Assembly: GCA_040954595.2 (NCBI GenBank)
Contig: CM082578.2
Span: 5,252,831-5,316,830 of the forward strand
Length of the DNA stretch: 64,000 nucleotides
Reading direction: 5' to 3'
DNA from: Balanoglossus misakiensis
Lineage: Eukaryota; Animalia; Hemichordata
Shown here: one piece after another, positions 12,401 through 27,316 of the stretch
Layout of the letters: the number at the start of each line of letters is the position of its first letter
Numbering within the stretch: the stretch's first letter is position 1
The notes under the pieces: model-generated
Told to the model about the DNA's origin: nothing
The model's database searches: none
Seen by the model: only the letters and a program-made list of their open reading frames with translations
Position numbers and translations under genes: made by a program

Positions 12401-15400
12401 TAAAGCAGGAAATATACTTTTTGAATTCCTGAACTATAGACACAGCTGCTGCCACTAATATTATTACAGAGGTGAACGTATGGTAGCAATAATTTACAAG
12501 GGTTAATGCCCATACACTCGAACAGTCCATTTGCAGAAAATAGAATACAATTATGGTTCGCAACACAATGCAACATAAATATTAAAAGGAAATTTACAGC
12601 TACACACATTTATGAAAATCTGCAAACAGACAGAATGATGTCTTTTTCACTTTTTAATCTGAAATATAGTAATTGGGGATCACCAACAGCATGTTGACAT
12701 GTATAATCTTATAGGTTACATATACATCATGTCAACATGCTGTTTTAGTACAATGTACATGTAATTATGTACAGTCTGCTGTACATACATATGCAAACAT
12801 TGGTCTGCTTAAATCAAAGTGAACTGTCCAATCACAGACAACCTTGCAAACCTGCTGCAATTAAACCCAAAGCCATATTGCAAAATGCTTCCTCAAGGCC
12901 CAAAACACATTATATAGCTCACATGTATTTTTCCATACTTGGAACCCGCTACGTCTCAATCTGATTAAAATCTACATCTGATTTCAATCAGATTGACCAT
13001 GTCACAATTTGTGTTTACCAAAAAGGTGAAAAATCCAAGCCTAATTTAACCCTAAAGCTGCCAAGTCGGTTGAAACTGGTTTGATTTCCAGGGTGCCTAG
13101 AATCCTGGCTCCCGGGCCTGTTGGACTGTCAAGTGCGTGTTATACAAGACCCTCAAACCAAACCAGTGCAAACCAGGACGATTTGGTACATTTTTTGGGG
13201 GGTTCAAACTGCCAAGTGTGTCTAAGTACATATGAGAGCCATGTCAAGACAGTAAAAATACATTTTAGAAGAAAAAGCGGCAAATACGTATTTTAAGGGA
13301 CTTGACACTCTAAACAGATATGACACCCAGTAAGCATTAGGGTTAAACCCACCTCCTCTTCTTCTCTCAGATGTGGCAGGAAATCTTTGGTGAACTCTCG
13401 GATGGCTTTTGTGAGCAATTTCCCAAAACTGTTCCTATCCACTGCCGTCTTGTCCCAGTGTCTCTTGATTCCATCATCGACCATCTCCAACATATCCGTC
13501 AGATGATTATCCGAGTGCACGTTGGTCACCGCGGCTATCTCAATTTTCAGTCCTTTCAGTCTGTGTTTCAGTTTCTGCATGATGCACTCGTTTTCGATCT
13601 TCTCGTGGATCTTGAAGTCACGGAATGTGACCTTGATCTTGTCCAGCATTGCCTTCCAGTCCACATGGTCGGAGAAATTAGTCTTCAACAGCTGAAAAGA
13701 CAAGCCAAAAAATGATTTTTAAAGTACCTCTATTATCTGTAACTTTTCGCTATGTGTTCAGTTTTTGTTTTGTGTGTCTACTGCAGTTTCTTGTTCAAAT
13801 TCATAAAGCTTGACAAAATATCCAGTAAGCAGCTTATTAACACAACCTATATGTACATGTATATAGTCACTAAGTCAGCATTGTTATGGTGCAACATTTG
13901 AATTCAAGTCCGGACTAGAATTCATTTGTCAACAATAACAATGGCTGTTACACATATACTGGCTATATGTTGACCACTGGCTTACTGGTTATATAGCATA
14001 TAGCATGATGTTTGGAGTAGGACATGAAATTAGATTTGGTACACAGAATAGAAATGCTAGAAAAAACTGTACAGTATCGGTTAGATTGATATATGTATTA
14101 GTCTACATTTGTCAACTTGTTCTATCACACAGTCACTAGATCTGATCCTCTCCCCTACACAAAGTAACATCGTTCAAGCACAGATTTACATGACAGGTAA
14201 ACGTGTCCAGGCAAATCTTTCCAACATATTTTAGGCCTACACACTCACTGGTGAAGAAGCCTCAAGGACATTTTGGTACGAACAAGAGCAACTGTTGGAA
14301 TGCTACAAGCCTGTGCTACATGCAAAAAACTACATTATACAGACCGAGACGTGGGTGGAATAGAAGTTAAATCACCCCTATCTCCAATGACAGAGCCCTA
14401 ACAATACCAATGCAAACAACAGACTTTGGATCAAACCACTCATCTGAAGGAAAAGCATGCAACATAGTAAATGATGTCATTGCGTTTGTTACCAGAAGTT
14501 CAATAATTTCCACACGCCACAGCTCATAACAATTTTCATCTATTACCCTATTTGCATAAATCAATATTCAATGATAAATTATCACAATTGACCACCAGCA
14601 GAATTCCCACACAGCTATGCTTTTTATGTTAGTCACATTCTCTTCAAAGACTGATAACAGTGTACAGATAGATCAGGCTGCCACTGGGCTGTGTTCGGTG
14701 TGAACCAAAGCAGTCTGTTTAAAATCAGCATCTGGCCCAAAAATACACAAATTGGGGGAAAATTCACAGCAACTTGTTAATATTTTATGAAAATAGCCCA
14801 TAAAAGAAAGAAAATATAATACGCAAGTTTTGATGACTCAAACACATTGATCACTTACTGTATCAAAGAAGTTAAAGGTTTTTTAATTAAAATTATGTTG
14901 CAATAACAGGAGTGACAATCTTGTCAATGTCAACCTCGAACCAGTGTTTTTGTATCCACAAATAACTAAACTATTTTTAATGTGCACTTTTGAACATGAC
15001 ATCAATTTTAATGTTGCAATCATTTTTAATAAAACTTGTTTGTGACTGACTAATAGTTCAATCCCATCCAACTCTATATGTATAACACCAGCAGAAGTGA
15101 GCTTGTCTATTCAATCAGTTTCTGGTCAGTGCAAGACGCAATTCAGCTAATAAAAAGCCATAGCCTATAACTACAAAATCATGCAGAGGAACTTAGTCCA
15201 ACATTTCAACACAGCTAGACAAGCCCTTGAAGCCAGTTACCCAATACTGTAAACCAGGATGTGACCAGCGATCAAACATCTAGATCCGTCATCACATCCT
15301 GAATGAATACATGTACATGTAGTCACTTGCCAGCCATTGAGATTACCCACGCTGTGTCTGCTTAGAAAAGACAGTAGTTTCATTTGATGTGAAAATTACA

Positions 15401-16964
15401 GTACCACTGCCCAGGTCAATCCGAATGTCTTGCTGAAACAGATTGAATGATATTACCAGAACTTGTCTTCAAAACATTCCTATTCAACTGATACACAAGG
15501 TGTGAATGGAGACCCAATGACTTAACACTTTTAGTGAGAGGCACAAAACAAAACAATTCACACATAAAGTAAAACAAAACAGAGCTCAGCTATTTTTTCT
15601 TCTTCTTAAAGACTGATACTGAAATGGACATTTGAGTCCCAAATAAAGTTTATAATACTAACAATTTAATCTAAAGTAGGTAAAGGTTCAAATTTAGTGG
15701 GTTGAACTTGTAGGATGTAGACTTTCATCGACATCACTTTACAAGTATACATTGCAGTTTTCATTTCATAGAATTACAGAACATGATGTAAAAGATATTG
15801 ATTTTAGTATCACATTTGGACGTAAAATAAATTACTGCATTGTGCAATACAATTAACAGTAATATGAAGTAAGATGTATGATGTATGGCCTATCAACACT
15901 CACTTTGCGCTGTAATCTATATGTACCCCCTGCACGAAATGCTGACTCACGAGTATGAATTGATATACATAATAATGTATTAAAATTCTGACATGCACAT
16001 AGGACAGCCTCCAGTTCGAGGATGCCACTGACCAGTTCTGACAAGCATCTTGTAAAATGCTCACACAATAAATCACTCCTGAGGCTATTCCTATGAATAA
16101 TAATATAATGGCTTTTCAATTTCATACATGTATAGTGCTTTACTGTTCGCATGTACTATCAACCTTCCTGTGGCATATGTATTTGGCCTGTGATAGGTTT
16201 TAACCATTATAAAACTATACTTTTAGTTTATTTCTAACGACCACATATGATCAGACTGTGATTGTTCCAATTGTCATACAAGCGCCATACGGTTTACAAA
16301 TTAGTACCTTTGAAGATTCGCACATGACCTATGACATACTTATGTAGCTAAGCTTATAAAAATAATTATCATGTATATATATGATTCTTTAAACTTCATC
16401 TAGGTTTCTGAACTTCCCTCCAGGAGTGAAGTCGTGAAATGATTCAATTACCATAATCATATCCAAGGATTTTGATGCAACTTTTTTCAAGTTCAACAAC
16501 ATTCTGCAAAAGTGTGTGTCATGGAACATCGCGCATCGCCATCGGCCACCTCCAGTAAAGTGCAACCACAGTTGCACGAGGGTTGTTACACGGCGACTGC
16601 TCCAGTGATTTACCCATAGAAGATGGGTAGTTCGTCGTGTAACAACACTCGCCCGACTGTGATGCAACCTAGCTGCAGGTACTGCCTTTTGAGGTAAATC
16701 GGCAGACAACACAGCATCCGATGATCAGGGTTTGAAAGTCCAATATTTACCCAGTGTCGTACATGATCTAGAAATGAGGGTTAAATGCCTAAAATAACCA
16801 TAAAATTGAACAAACTTTACAAAATAAACTATCCTCATTTGATAAGACCTTAATTAACAAAGAAGTGCGCTAAGTGTTACCTTGTCGGTCAATTCATGTA
16901 ACTGTTCAACTATGTTTGAGTGTGGTATCGAGAAGACATCGATCTCCTCTGGTGCAGGCGCCAT
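6498..16964 (-). CDS. FBXL5: F-box/LRR-repeat protein 5 (iron/oxygen-sensing SCF substrate receptor for IRP2); 8 coding exons, ~685 aa
   Basis: Phase-consistent GT-AG exons: 16964-16881, 13691-13353, 11986-11854, 11007-10819, 10258-9960, 9522-9440, 8832-8131, 6726-6498 (total 2058 nt). N-terminus [15 protein letters not shown]; hemerythrin ligand motifs [26 protein letters not shown]; F-box [26 protein letters not shown]; LRRs LxHLDLSGC; C-terminal FYCDNI...[13 protein letters not shown] 2Fe-2S Cys pattern. Confidence 0.96.
13050..13342. mobile_element. piggyBac-like MITE, copy 2, in FBXL5 intron 2
   Basis: TTAA(13046-13049)-CCCTAAAGCT...AGCATTAGGG-TTAA(13343-13346). Confidence 0.85.
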
Positions 16965-18262
16965 TTTGGATTCACAGATTTGCTTATTATATTGTAGGGG
17001 ACATCGAATCCCTTTTAGAGGGGAGATTTCAATATCGTTTCTGAAGAGATTAAAATGGCACATATATAAAAATAGCAATTAAATAAACGTTCTTTTTAAG
17101 TCGCCCCATACCTGCTGAGCTGTTTAATGTATTTAGTGTCGTGAAATTGGTAGGGCAGTTCATAAAAAGGTGCAAAATGTCGTTTCTCCATAGAAATTGA
17201 CAATTTCTAATACTTTTGTTCTGTTCTACGTATCATCTAAACTGTTGTCTTTTATCTGTACATTTATTTCATGTACACGTGATGTACAGTTCAGTTTTGC
17301 GGCGAGATTCCGTTCTAATTTACCCCCCCCCCCCGTCTTCCGTCTGTGGGCATAATGGAATGTTCGCTATGGCTCGTTCCCGACATGTTCTACTGTTATT
17401 GTTGATTGTAGAATAGTTTGCATAGTTTCCAAAATATTTCCGGTTTGCGCCTTCTAAAACATTATGTATTTTATTTGCTATATCCAAGTTCGGCATCGAA
17501 AAAAGACGCAGTTTATATTTCCATCTCGATAAAGTTTCTTTCGTTTCAACTGGCACAAGCGGCTAGGCACATCATGACATAAGTAGATATTGACGCGGGG
17601 TCAGAGGTCGCGAACAGGTGTTCGTGAGCGATACGTACACAGCAACATCCGAGAGTCTGGGTCACTGTGACTACATCCGAGTGGTAATTGCGCTAGGCAA
17701 CCAATTCTCAGTGTGGAAGAATTTTGCGCTGTTTGGGGCTTCCGTAAGGACCCATTCTTAGTACAGACAGTCCATTGCATTTAATGTCGCGGTGATAATT
17801 GCTGTTATTAGGCCCATATCTGATGACAATGGTAACAATGTAACGCATTCTACAAGACCTATTCTTTATTAGCATGGTTGATACCATTTTAGGTATGGGG
17901 TAGTGCAATAATTAACGTTCAAAATATAAAGATTAGTGATACTCAGAATGCTTTGAATCATATATACGGGCTTTTACTTTATTCGTTTTGTATTCTTGGT
18001 TCTTATTCATAATTTTCACACACTCCTTCACATCATGAGATTGGTAAATAACTTTGACCAAAATGTGACACCACCCCATCCTAATAATGGTGCGTCTCAG
18101 CAGGTGCCACACAGCACAGCCATAGCAACGTTTGAAGCCATAAGAATACAAAACGTGTATAGTAGACACTGTGTTACTGTTCAAGATCTTTCATCAAAAC
18201 ACTGACGGCATCCCTGAGCCCCCAGCCACTCTCCCCCGATTCCTCATCAGAATCCGTCCAAG
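16965..18262. promoter_or_regulatory. Shared divergent promoter/5' UTR region of FBXL5 and SPMIP1
   Basis: Start codons are 1.3 kb apart, head-to-head; the stretch looks relatively CpG-rich; RFX half-sites at 17688-17701 and 18121-18129. Confidence 0.5.
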
Positions 18263-19285
18263 ATGGTTCGGGAATTAATGGACACGCAGCGCCAGAATTT
18301 CTGGAAGGAGTCGATCGAGAAAGAAGCGTACGTTCGTCTTGCCTGGCATGAAAAGTACAGCAAAGAGTTTGCTAAAGAGTCCAGCCAGGCAATACGCCGT
18401 AAGAAGCGACCGGACATGGTACCCAAACCGGTCATGACTTTTAAACTGCCGCAGATTGACAGATCGAAAAAAGACGACAAGGCGAAGAAGGAGGCCGAAG
18501 CCAAGGCCAGTTTCGCCGCTCTGGCGCAGAAAGACCCGAACGCTTTACTGGTAGAAATGAGACCAGCTTCGTCTGGCACAAAAGGACTCCTTTACAAAGG
18601 TGAGTCAATGGGGTCGCGCTTTTATCATTAAAACAGATCAACCTGCCATTGCAGTCTTTTAACATGTTTACTGGGGGAGTAAATAAAACAGTAAATATTT
18701 CAGATAATCTATTGAGATAAGAAAAAACCGTCGAGGCAGTGGTTGGGTATTTCTTTCACTGTGTGTGTCACCACTTCGAGATTCGATAGCCCCACTGCAT
18801 GAACACCACTGTTGCCATAATTTTAGTTTTGTCCGCGTGATTTGTTCCGTGGCATTTTAATTACCCTTTCCTTCAAATGGGAGCGATTTACAGGATAAAA
18901 TTATTAATTGAAAATCACCAGCGGAGTTGAGGTAACTGAGGAACATTGCATCACAGTAGTCTAGTCTGTTGTTGGTATTGGATTTATATGAGCAATCTCT
19001 GGGCAAACCTATTAAATCGAGGAAAGCGTATTATATTACTCAGGCAGGTTTAGTGATGAATTCCATTGTCTCTCTGCAGGTTTCAGTAAACTCGGCGAAG
19101 GGAGATACGCATACCTGCAGCAGAGGAAACTGCGAAAGCCCGAGGAAAAATACGAGTTCCCGATCACAAACAGCTGGGAGTATGGCTGGCGACTGGGGGA
19201 CGTGGTCACAGAAATGAGAGCGCCACAGTTCGGTCGCTCACGCATCGTCAGGGACTCGTTTTACAGAACCAACGGAATCCTATAG
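18263..19285 (+). CDS. SPMIP1: Sperm microtubule inner protein 1 / ATP6V1FNB-like protein; 2 exons, 180 aa
   Basis: Exons 18263-18599 and 19080-19285 (phase 1, GT-AG). Motifs MDTQRQNFWKE, EMRP...LLYKGFS...GRYAYL, PEEKYEFPITNSWEYGWRLG and SFYRTNG match the family as I recall it. AATAAA at ~19320 and ~19505. Confidence 0.85.
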
Positions 19286-22200
19286 ACGATCAGCAAATTC
19301 ACCCGCCGAGCTTTTCTTTAATAAATTTACATGGACCTTGGTGGTATTTGGCACGGAGGTATACGGGGTGATATACCTGAATGGATTTGGCGATTAGCGA
19401 AACGGTGCACTGTTACATTATACATGTTATGTGTTCGAAAAGCTGTGAAAAACAAACAAAATGTAGACGATAGTTTACTTACAAGTTACAGAAGTTCGGA
19501 GTAGAATAAAATAAATCGGGATTAGAACTAGATATATTTGTCTTTGATAAAAAACGCACTCTTCCTATAATATTAGCAATAATACACTGTGTGACTGCCA
19601 ACTAGTTTTTTCTTCTGCGCATGATTTTATAATGTAAAGATTCGTTATTAGTAACCTTACACTGACAATGAAAGAAACGTTATGTTTGCAAAGTGAAATG
19701 TGTAATTACACCTGCGTTTGTTTTTCCGGGGTTTAAAACGTCCAACTTGACACTATTGATAATTGGGTTAAACCTGTATGTCTACTTGGTGTGTATATAT
19801 TTGAGTTTCTACCAAGGCATGTTTTGGTTAATCATGCTTTCCATGTTATCATGTACATGTATGTTTAATTAACATCAGCATTATACTCTCACCTGTGAGA
19901 GGAACAGATTCTAGTAACCAGAAATTTCTGGTGCAATAATAATGTTACAATGGTGCGTAATTTTGAAATATACAAGCTCTGTGTGATTGTGATTATTCTC
20001 AACTTGCTTCTGTAATCGTTTCCATGCACAAAAGGCTGACGGTGCACCCCAGTATGATCTGTTAAATCTACAAGTCAAAAGCGAGAAGGTGCTAAATCTA
20101 CCCCAGGGACAATGCTGTACTTTTTAATTTAACAAAAATAGCCAATCATGAATGTGGAAGTATTCCTGGCCAATTGTAAATCCTACGCTAGGATTTTACT
20201 CAAATCCAATCCGTCCCCGCCGCTAATATTTACCCGAGACCCGTGGCTACTCCGCTAGATTTGCAAAACATGCGCACATGATGAAGTGTGTTTTTTGAAC
20301 CAGGTAACACTATAATATCTGAGAGAATAAATTAGATGATGTAAATATCCTATCCATTTCAATCTTGAAGTGGCTGACATTTGAAATGTATTTTTTTTCA
20401 CACGTCCTTTTTTTCAAAATCTTGCATTCGATATAAAATGTCAGACAATAAATGGTCGACTTATCACGTCTCTCGAATAATAAACGCTATCATATTGTCT
20501 AAATATTCCCATTGCTCTATCACTACCACCACCCCGTACTATACTCTGGATAGCACCGACCGGCCGCCCATATCCAGACAACTTCCGTGGGCCAGTGTAA
20601 ACAGCGCCCTTTATTATTACACCTCTTATTGCATATTTTGTAAACAATGAACTTATTATAACACCTCACGATCTGTGTCACCAAGGCTTCAACTGACGTC
20701 ACTCAAGCTGTTGACGGACGTTTGTATGGAAATCGATACATGTATGTGTCGTTCATGTTTCAATCGCTTTTTTCTGACCTTTTTTTCCACGTGTCCAAGC
20801 GACAAAATCCGATTTTCTTGCACATTTGTCGGCTGTCCAGGAGGGGAAAATTAATATGACTGTTGGAAATTTGCAAAAAGTAGGAGTTAATTTTCATTTT
20901 TACTTCGACCGGGCTAGGGTCTATGGACCGGTGTATGTTTTCTTATCAGATATCGCGTGGTTCACCCCGAGTGACAAACCAAGACACTAAATCCCCGGGC
21001 TATGAATGTGTACTGGTACCAAAACTAAAGCACACCTACATGAAAGCGTATCCCATTTCAACCTCAATGATGTACAAACTCCGGTCCATATATCATTACC
21101 TATTACCCCGGTAGTATCCTTGGTGACGATTGGCACTGGTATATTTTCTGCAATTTGCGACATGCGTGCACATAAGTTATTTTGCCAGCCTCGTGTCCCC
21201 CGTTCAATTTAATATTAAAGCATTTCCTCTGACCCTGGTCACCACAATATATGTGAGTCGTTCACTCTAGCCAGTGATTTGATAATTACCGTTCATTACA
21301 ACAATTCCAGGGAGTTTCGAAAATTTATCAACTCAGCGAAAAGTATATATGATAACGCCCTCTATAGTCGGTTTCTGAGATGCTGACGATCTGTCGCACT
21401 CGACGTTTGCATGTACATGACATTATCAAGAATCCTATATTGAGAGACCTAGTTGTTTCGCCTTTGTTAAAGGTGCGCGGGGCTTGGGGGCATTGTCATA
21501 ATGGTGTTAACGTAGACACAGAAGTTTCCCTGAATCAACTTAGGACGTCTTTATAAGTATTTAGTGTGATTGCATTTGGGACAGTTCACATGGTTCACTT
21601 AATATTTGGCATAACACAAGCTGCAGAGTAATTGATGCTGAAAGCCTATACCAGAGGTTTAACTTTTAACTATCGCAGACAATGAACATTTTTGTGTTGA
21701 TTGATTGATTGGTTGGTTGCGTGATTGATTGATGCGATTAAGATCCAGCTTTTGCTCTAACATGCCTTGGCGATTAAACTACTATATTTGGAGCAGTTTT
21801 CACACCGACATACTGGTAATTATCAAATGGATATAAAAGTGTTATTTTGGTAATATCCAGCCTTTTATTGCAAAAGACACGACACGCTGACCAATTATTG
21901 TAGTTACAACAAACCCATACAAACCTTCAACACTCTTGAGATAATTCTAATAATTATACCTCATTTCCCTGTATACAGGCCCAAATGGGTATTGTTATAT
22001 TGCTTGGTAGTGTAATATGCAACTGATTCGTTTAGGAACATGTATATTTGGTTTTGTACGTTGAAAGCTTAGCTTGCGTGCATATACATGTATAGGGTAT
22101 TGTTATATCCTATTGCCGAATCATTCTCGATAATAAATAAAAACAAAATAGAGAATTAAGTGGTGCACTGGGAAATTGTGTAACGTGGCAGGTCGTCTGT

Positions 22201-22330
22201 CTCGAAACCAGTTCTATATAAACCCAATATTTTCTGCCAATCAACATTAAAACTATCCAACACCCGACAGCGCACACCACGGCTCTAAATCTAGTTTTTG
22301 CACCTGAAATACTCGCAAGTAACCGGAAAG

Positions 22331-24391
<2,061 letters not shown>

Positions 24392-26465
24392 ATGGAGCTA
24401 GACCATTGTGAAATTCATGAAGTCTTCGTCTGAGGTACGTAGGTGTTCTTTATTGCTTTGGTGTCCGAGTTTCGGAAGATTATTTTATTGATTTACAGCA
24501 GACATGGCAATATTTTTTACTATCATCACCGATATGCTTTTGTTGCCATCGCCATCTTTGTTATTGCATTCTAAACATTTGTTTTAAACATTATTGCATG
24601 CTATTTTCCTGACAAAGTCACTACAAGTAAGGTTACACAGTAGCTTTGGCGACAATTAGGGACCGGTCATTTACCTGACAGGGGGAGGGGGGCTGATATT
24701 GTTTCTGACACAAGCACATTTCTCTCGTTGACCCTACCCACATTTCATGGACCAAAGTGAACTCGTGGAAAAAATTCCCAGTTGTACATTATCTTGGTGT
24801 AACTAAAACCTGCACTGACCCCACTTACACACATCATTTTACATATGTCTATGTATACAATTCCTGACCATGTGATGATACACTGTTATCACGTGGCACC
24901 CATCACAGCTCACTAGGAAATATTGGCCATTGAGCGTAAAGACATTCTTGCACGCTCGTTTAAATTATTCCCACAAATACATGTATGTTTGACAATGTAT
25001 CGACGGACATTTGCCTTTCTGTTATTTGCTGTGCATAAACCCAATTTTCTCGTATTGTTTCAATCAACGGTATGCTACCCCCCCCCCTCCCCCATGCGCA
25101 TCAGTTCTAAGCGCGCATTGTACTTGTTGATAAACGAATTCAAATCCGGACTTTGATGTATCTTAAGGTTGCTTTGACAGTTTTAATAATGTAGGGATTA
25201 TGCATGAAATTACAATTGGTACACGTACCAAACAAATACTGAAAAGCAGTCCAATTTACAGCCACTTGACCTTTAATACATGCAATCTGGTTTCTTTCAG
25301 ACTCCGAAGAAGAATGATAACGTCTGACATCACGTTTACCTGTGACGCATAAGTGTGGCATATCGATATATTGACGTGTAGTTTTTTATTAGTAGTCATT
25401 TGTCAGGTTACGGTAATAAAACAAACATATAGCAAGAAAAAATGACCTCATGTTCCTTCTGTTATTAGTTGATTTGATTTGAATGGCATGTCGACTATGC
25501 TATAAACCCAATACGAAACACATACATGTACCTACACATCCAATACCTATACTTTTTCCATTTTTACAAGAATATGGCTCAGTTTTGGATCAATGGCTAG
25601 GCTACAAAACATTAATAAAAGATTCTCGTCGTTCATCTAAATAACACAAACAACGGAATAACCTTGTATAAGAAGTGGTTGGGACGGAAGTACACTGATA
25701 TCTTGGTGACAGTGTACAATATTGTCAGACGGAATATTGATTTTCTTGGAAGGATTGAACTGTTCTTGTATAAGAACGCATTTGTAAGAAAGGTGTTCTT
25801 TACAAAGACGGCTTTATATCAGCGCTGCACCGACGGGTCCTTTTACAGGCAGATCCGATTAGATACCTTTGGTCTCGACAACAACGGTCTCAACCAAGAC
25901 ATATGTTCTGGAATAACAATCGTGCATGTATGAAGGGAGGAAAATATTGAAGAGCGATGTTTTGGAGAAGTATGAATGACATCATTTAATATGCTGTGTC
26001 ATTGCGATTGTCACCTAATTTTAAATCTATACCCGTTATTGTTATCGGTGTCAATTTCCCTTTAGAATTCAATAAATGCGTTTAAGAGAGATAATGATAT
26101 TACTGGACGGTATTGTGAAGAGAAAATCAATGAATGTAACGTACAATTCATGTTTATAAGTGAATGGTAACTGGTTTAAAATCTGGACAGAAGAATAAAC
26201 CGCTACTTTGTGAAACAAGATCTTGACAATAGCTAGAAAATAGTTTGCATTTCATTGTTCTCCTTAATTATGTTTGTAAAAAACCCTCAAGTCTTATATT
26301 TTACTATAAAAATGCAAAAATAAACAATGCAGTTTCATAGAATCATATGAACTCTTAACACTATAATCACTAAATAGTTCCAATTATACTAGTAGCTATA
26401 TCTTAATCTGGCATGATAATGCCAATGTCGTCTGTAGAAGACTTGTCATCCCATATACTTGTTGT

Positions 26466-27316
26466 CTATTGAGGAGAAAAAGTCACTGTTTGTCGTACGT
26501 TGTCAATATCTTCTGCCTTGGACGGATCAATTTTAGAAACAATATCATGGAGCTCCTGCCATGTGGGAACGCCCACATGCGCATGCTCACTCGTCTTCTT
26601 TAGCCACGCATAAAGAATTTCTTCAGCTTTTCCCTCATCATCCGGGGTACCTTTCCCATCTGCGATGGCAGTCGCGTCCACGGCGATAGCAAATTCTTGC
26701 ACAATGGGTGCGATGGTCTTTGCAATGTTACGGATGTTTTCGGGTTTGAGAGACTCATTCTTGGACGGAGGAGACCCTTTGCATGTTTCCAACCAAGCGC
26801 GATTTTCTGAAAACCGAATACCGAGACCATCATTTCAATTCAAATCTGAAGTAATTATTATAATATTTAAGGATTTCATGTTTTACCGACGACATTCTGA
26901 TAAATAGTATGGAATTATTTGCAGATTTTGTCGCTGACCGTCAAAATTCAAAATTATATTTCTGCACTTGATAATCGTTACGTTCATGTACAAAATGTAT
27001 ATTATGCATTGTGGATATATTTAATCCCATTTATTGCATTTTATCACTGGAGTCTGATTGCTAAGACGATGCAGTGTGCTGATTAGCCATTGGTGTATTC
27101 TGTCCCAAAAGCACAAGTTAGTCGTGAACTTGAAATAATAACCTTTAGGCCTACCTGCAGAAAACTTTGTTTTAATCGAATTCCATAGCCTATCATTTGT
27201 TTCATTTAATTCCGTGACATCTTTCTTTAGTTTGGCAAGATCTGATTTGACACTTTGTATATCTCTGGATGAATGAGTCTGTAATTGGGCAAGAGTCCTT
27301 TCAACATTGTCGTATA
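26466..27316 (-). CDS. Orphan duplicate of the last two exons (coiled-coil + death domain) of the CARD-CC-DD gene; alternative 3' cassette or partial gene
   Basis: Exons 27316-27155 and 26806-26466 are open and in phase, and are paralogous to 35491-35354 and 34990-34650. No CARD exons lie upstream within this duplication unit. Confidence 0.6.
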
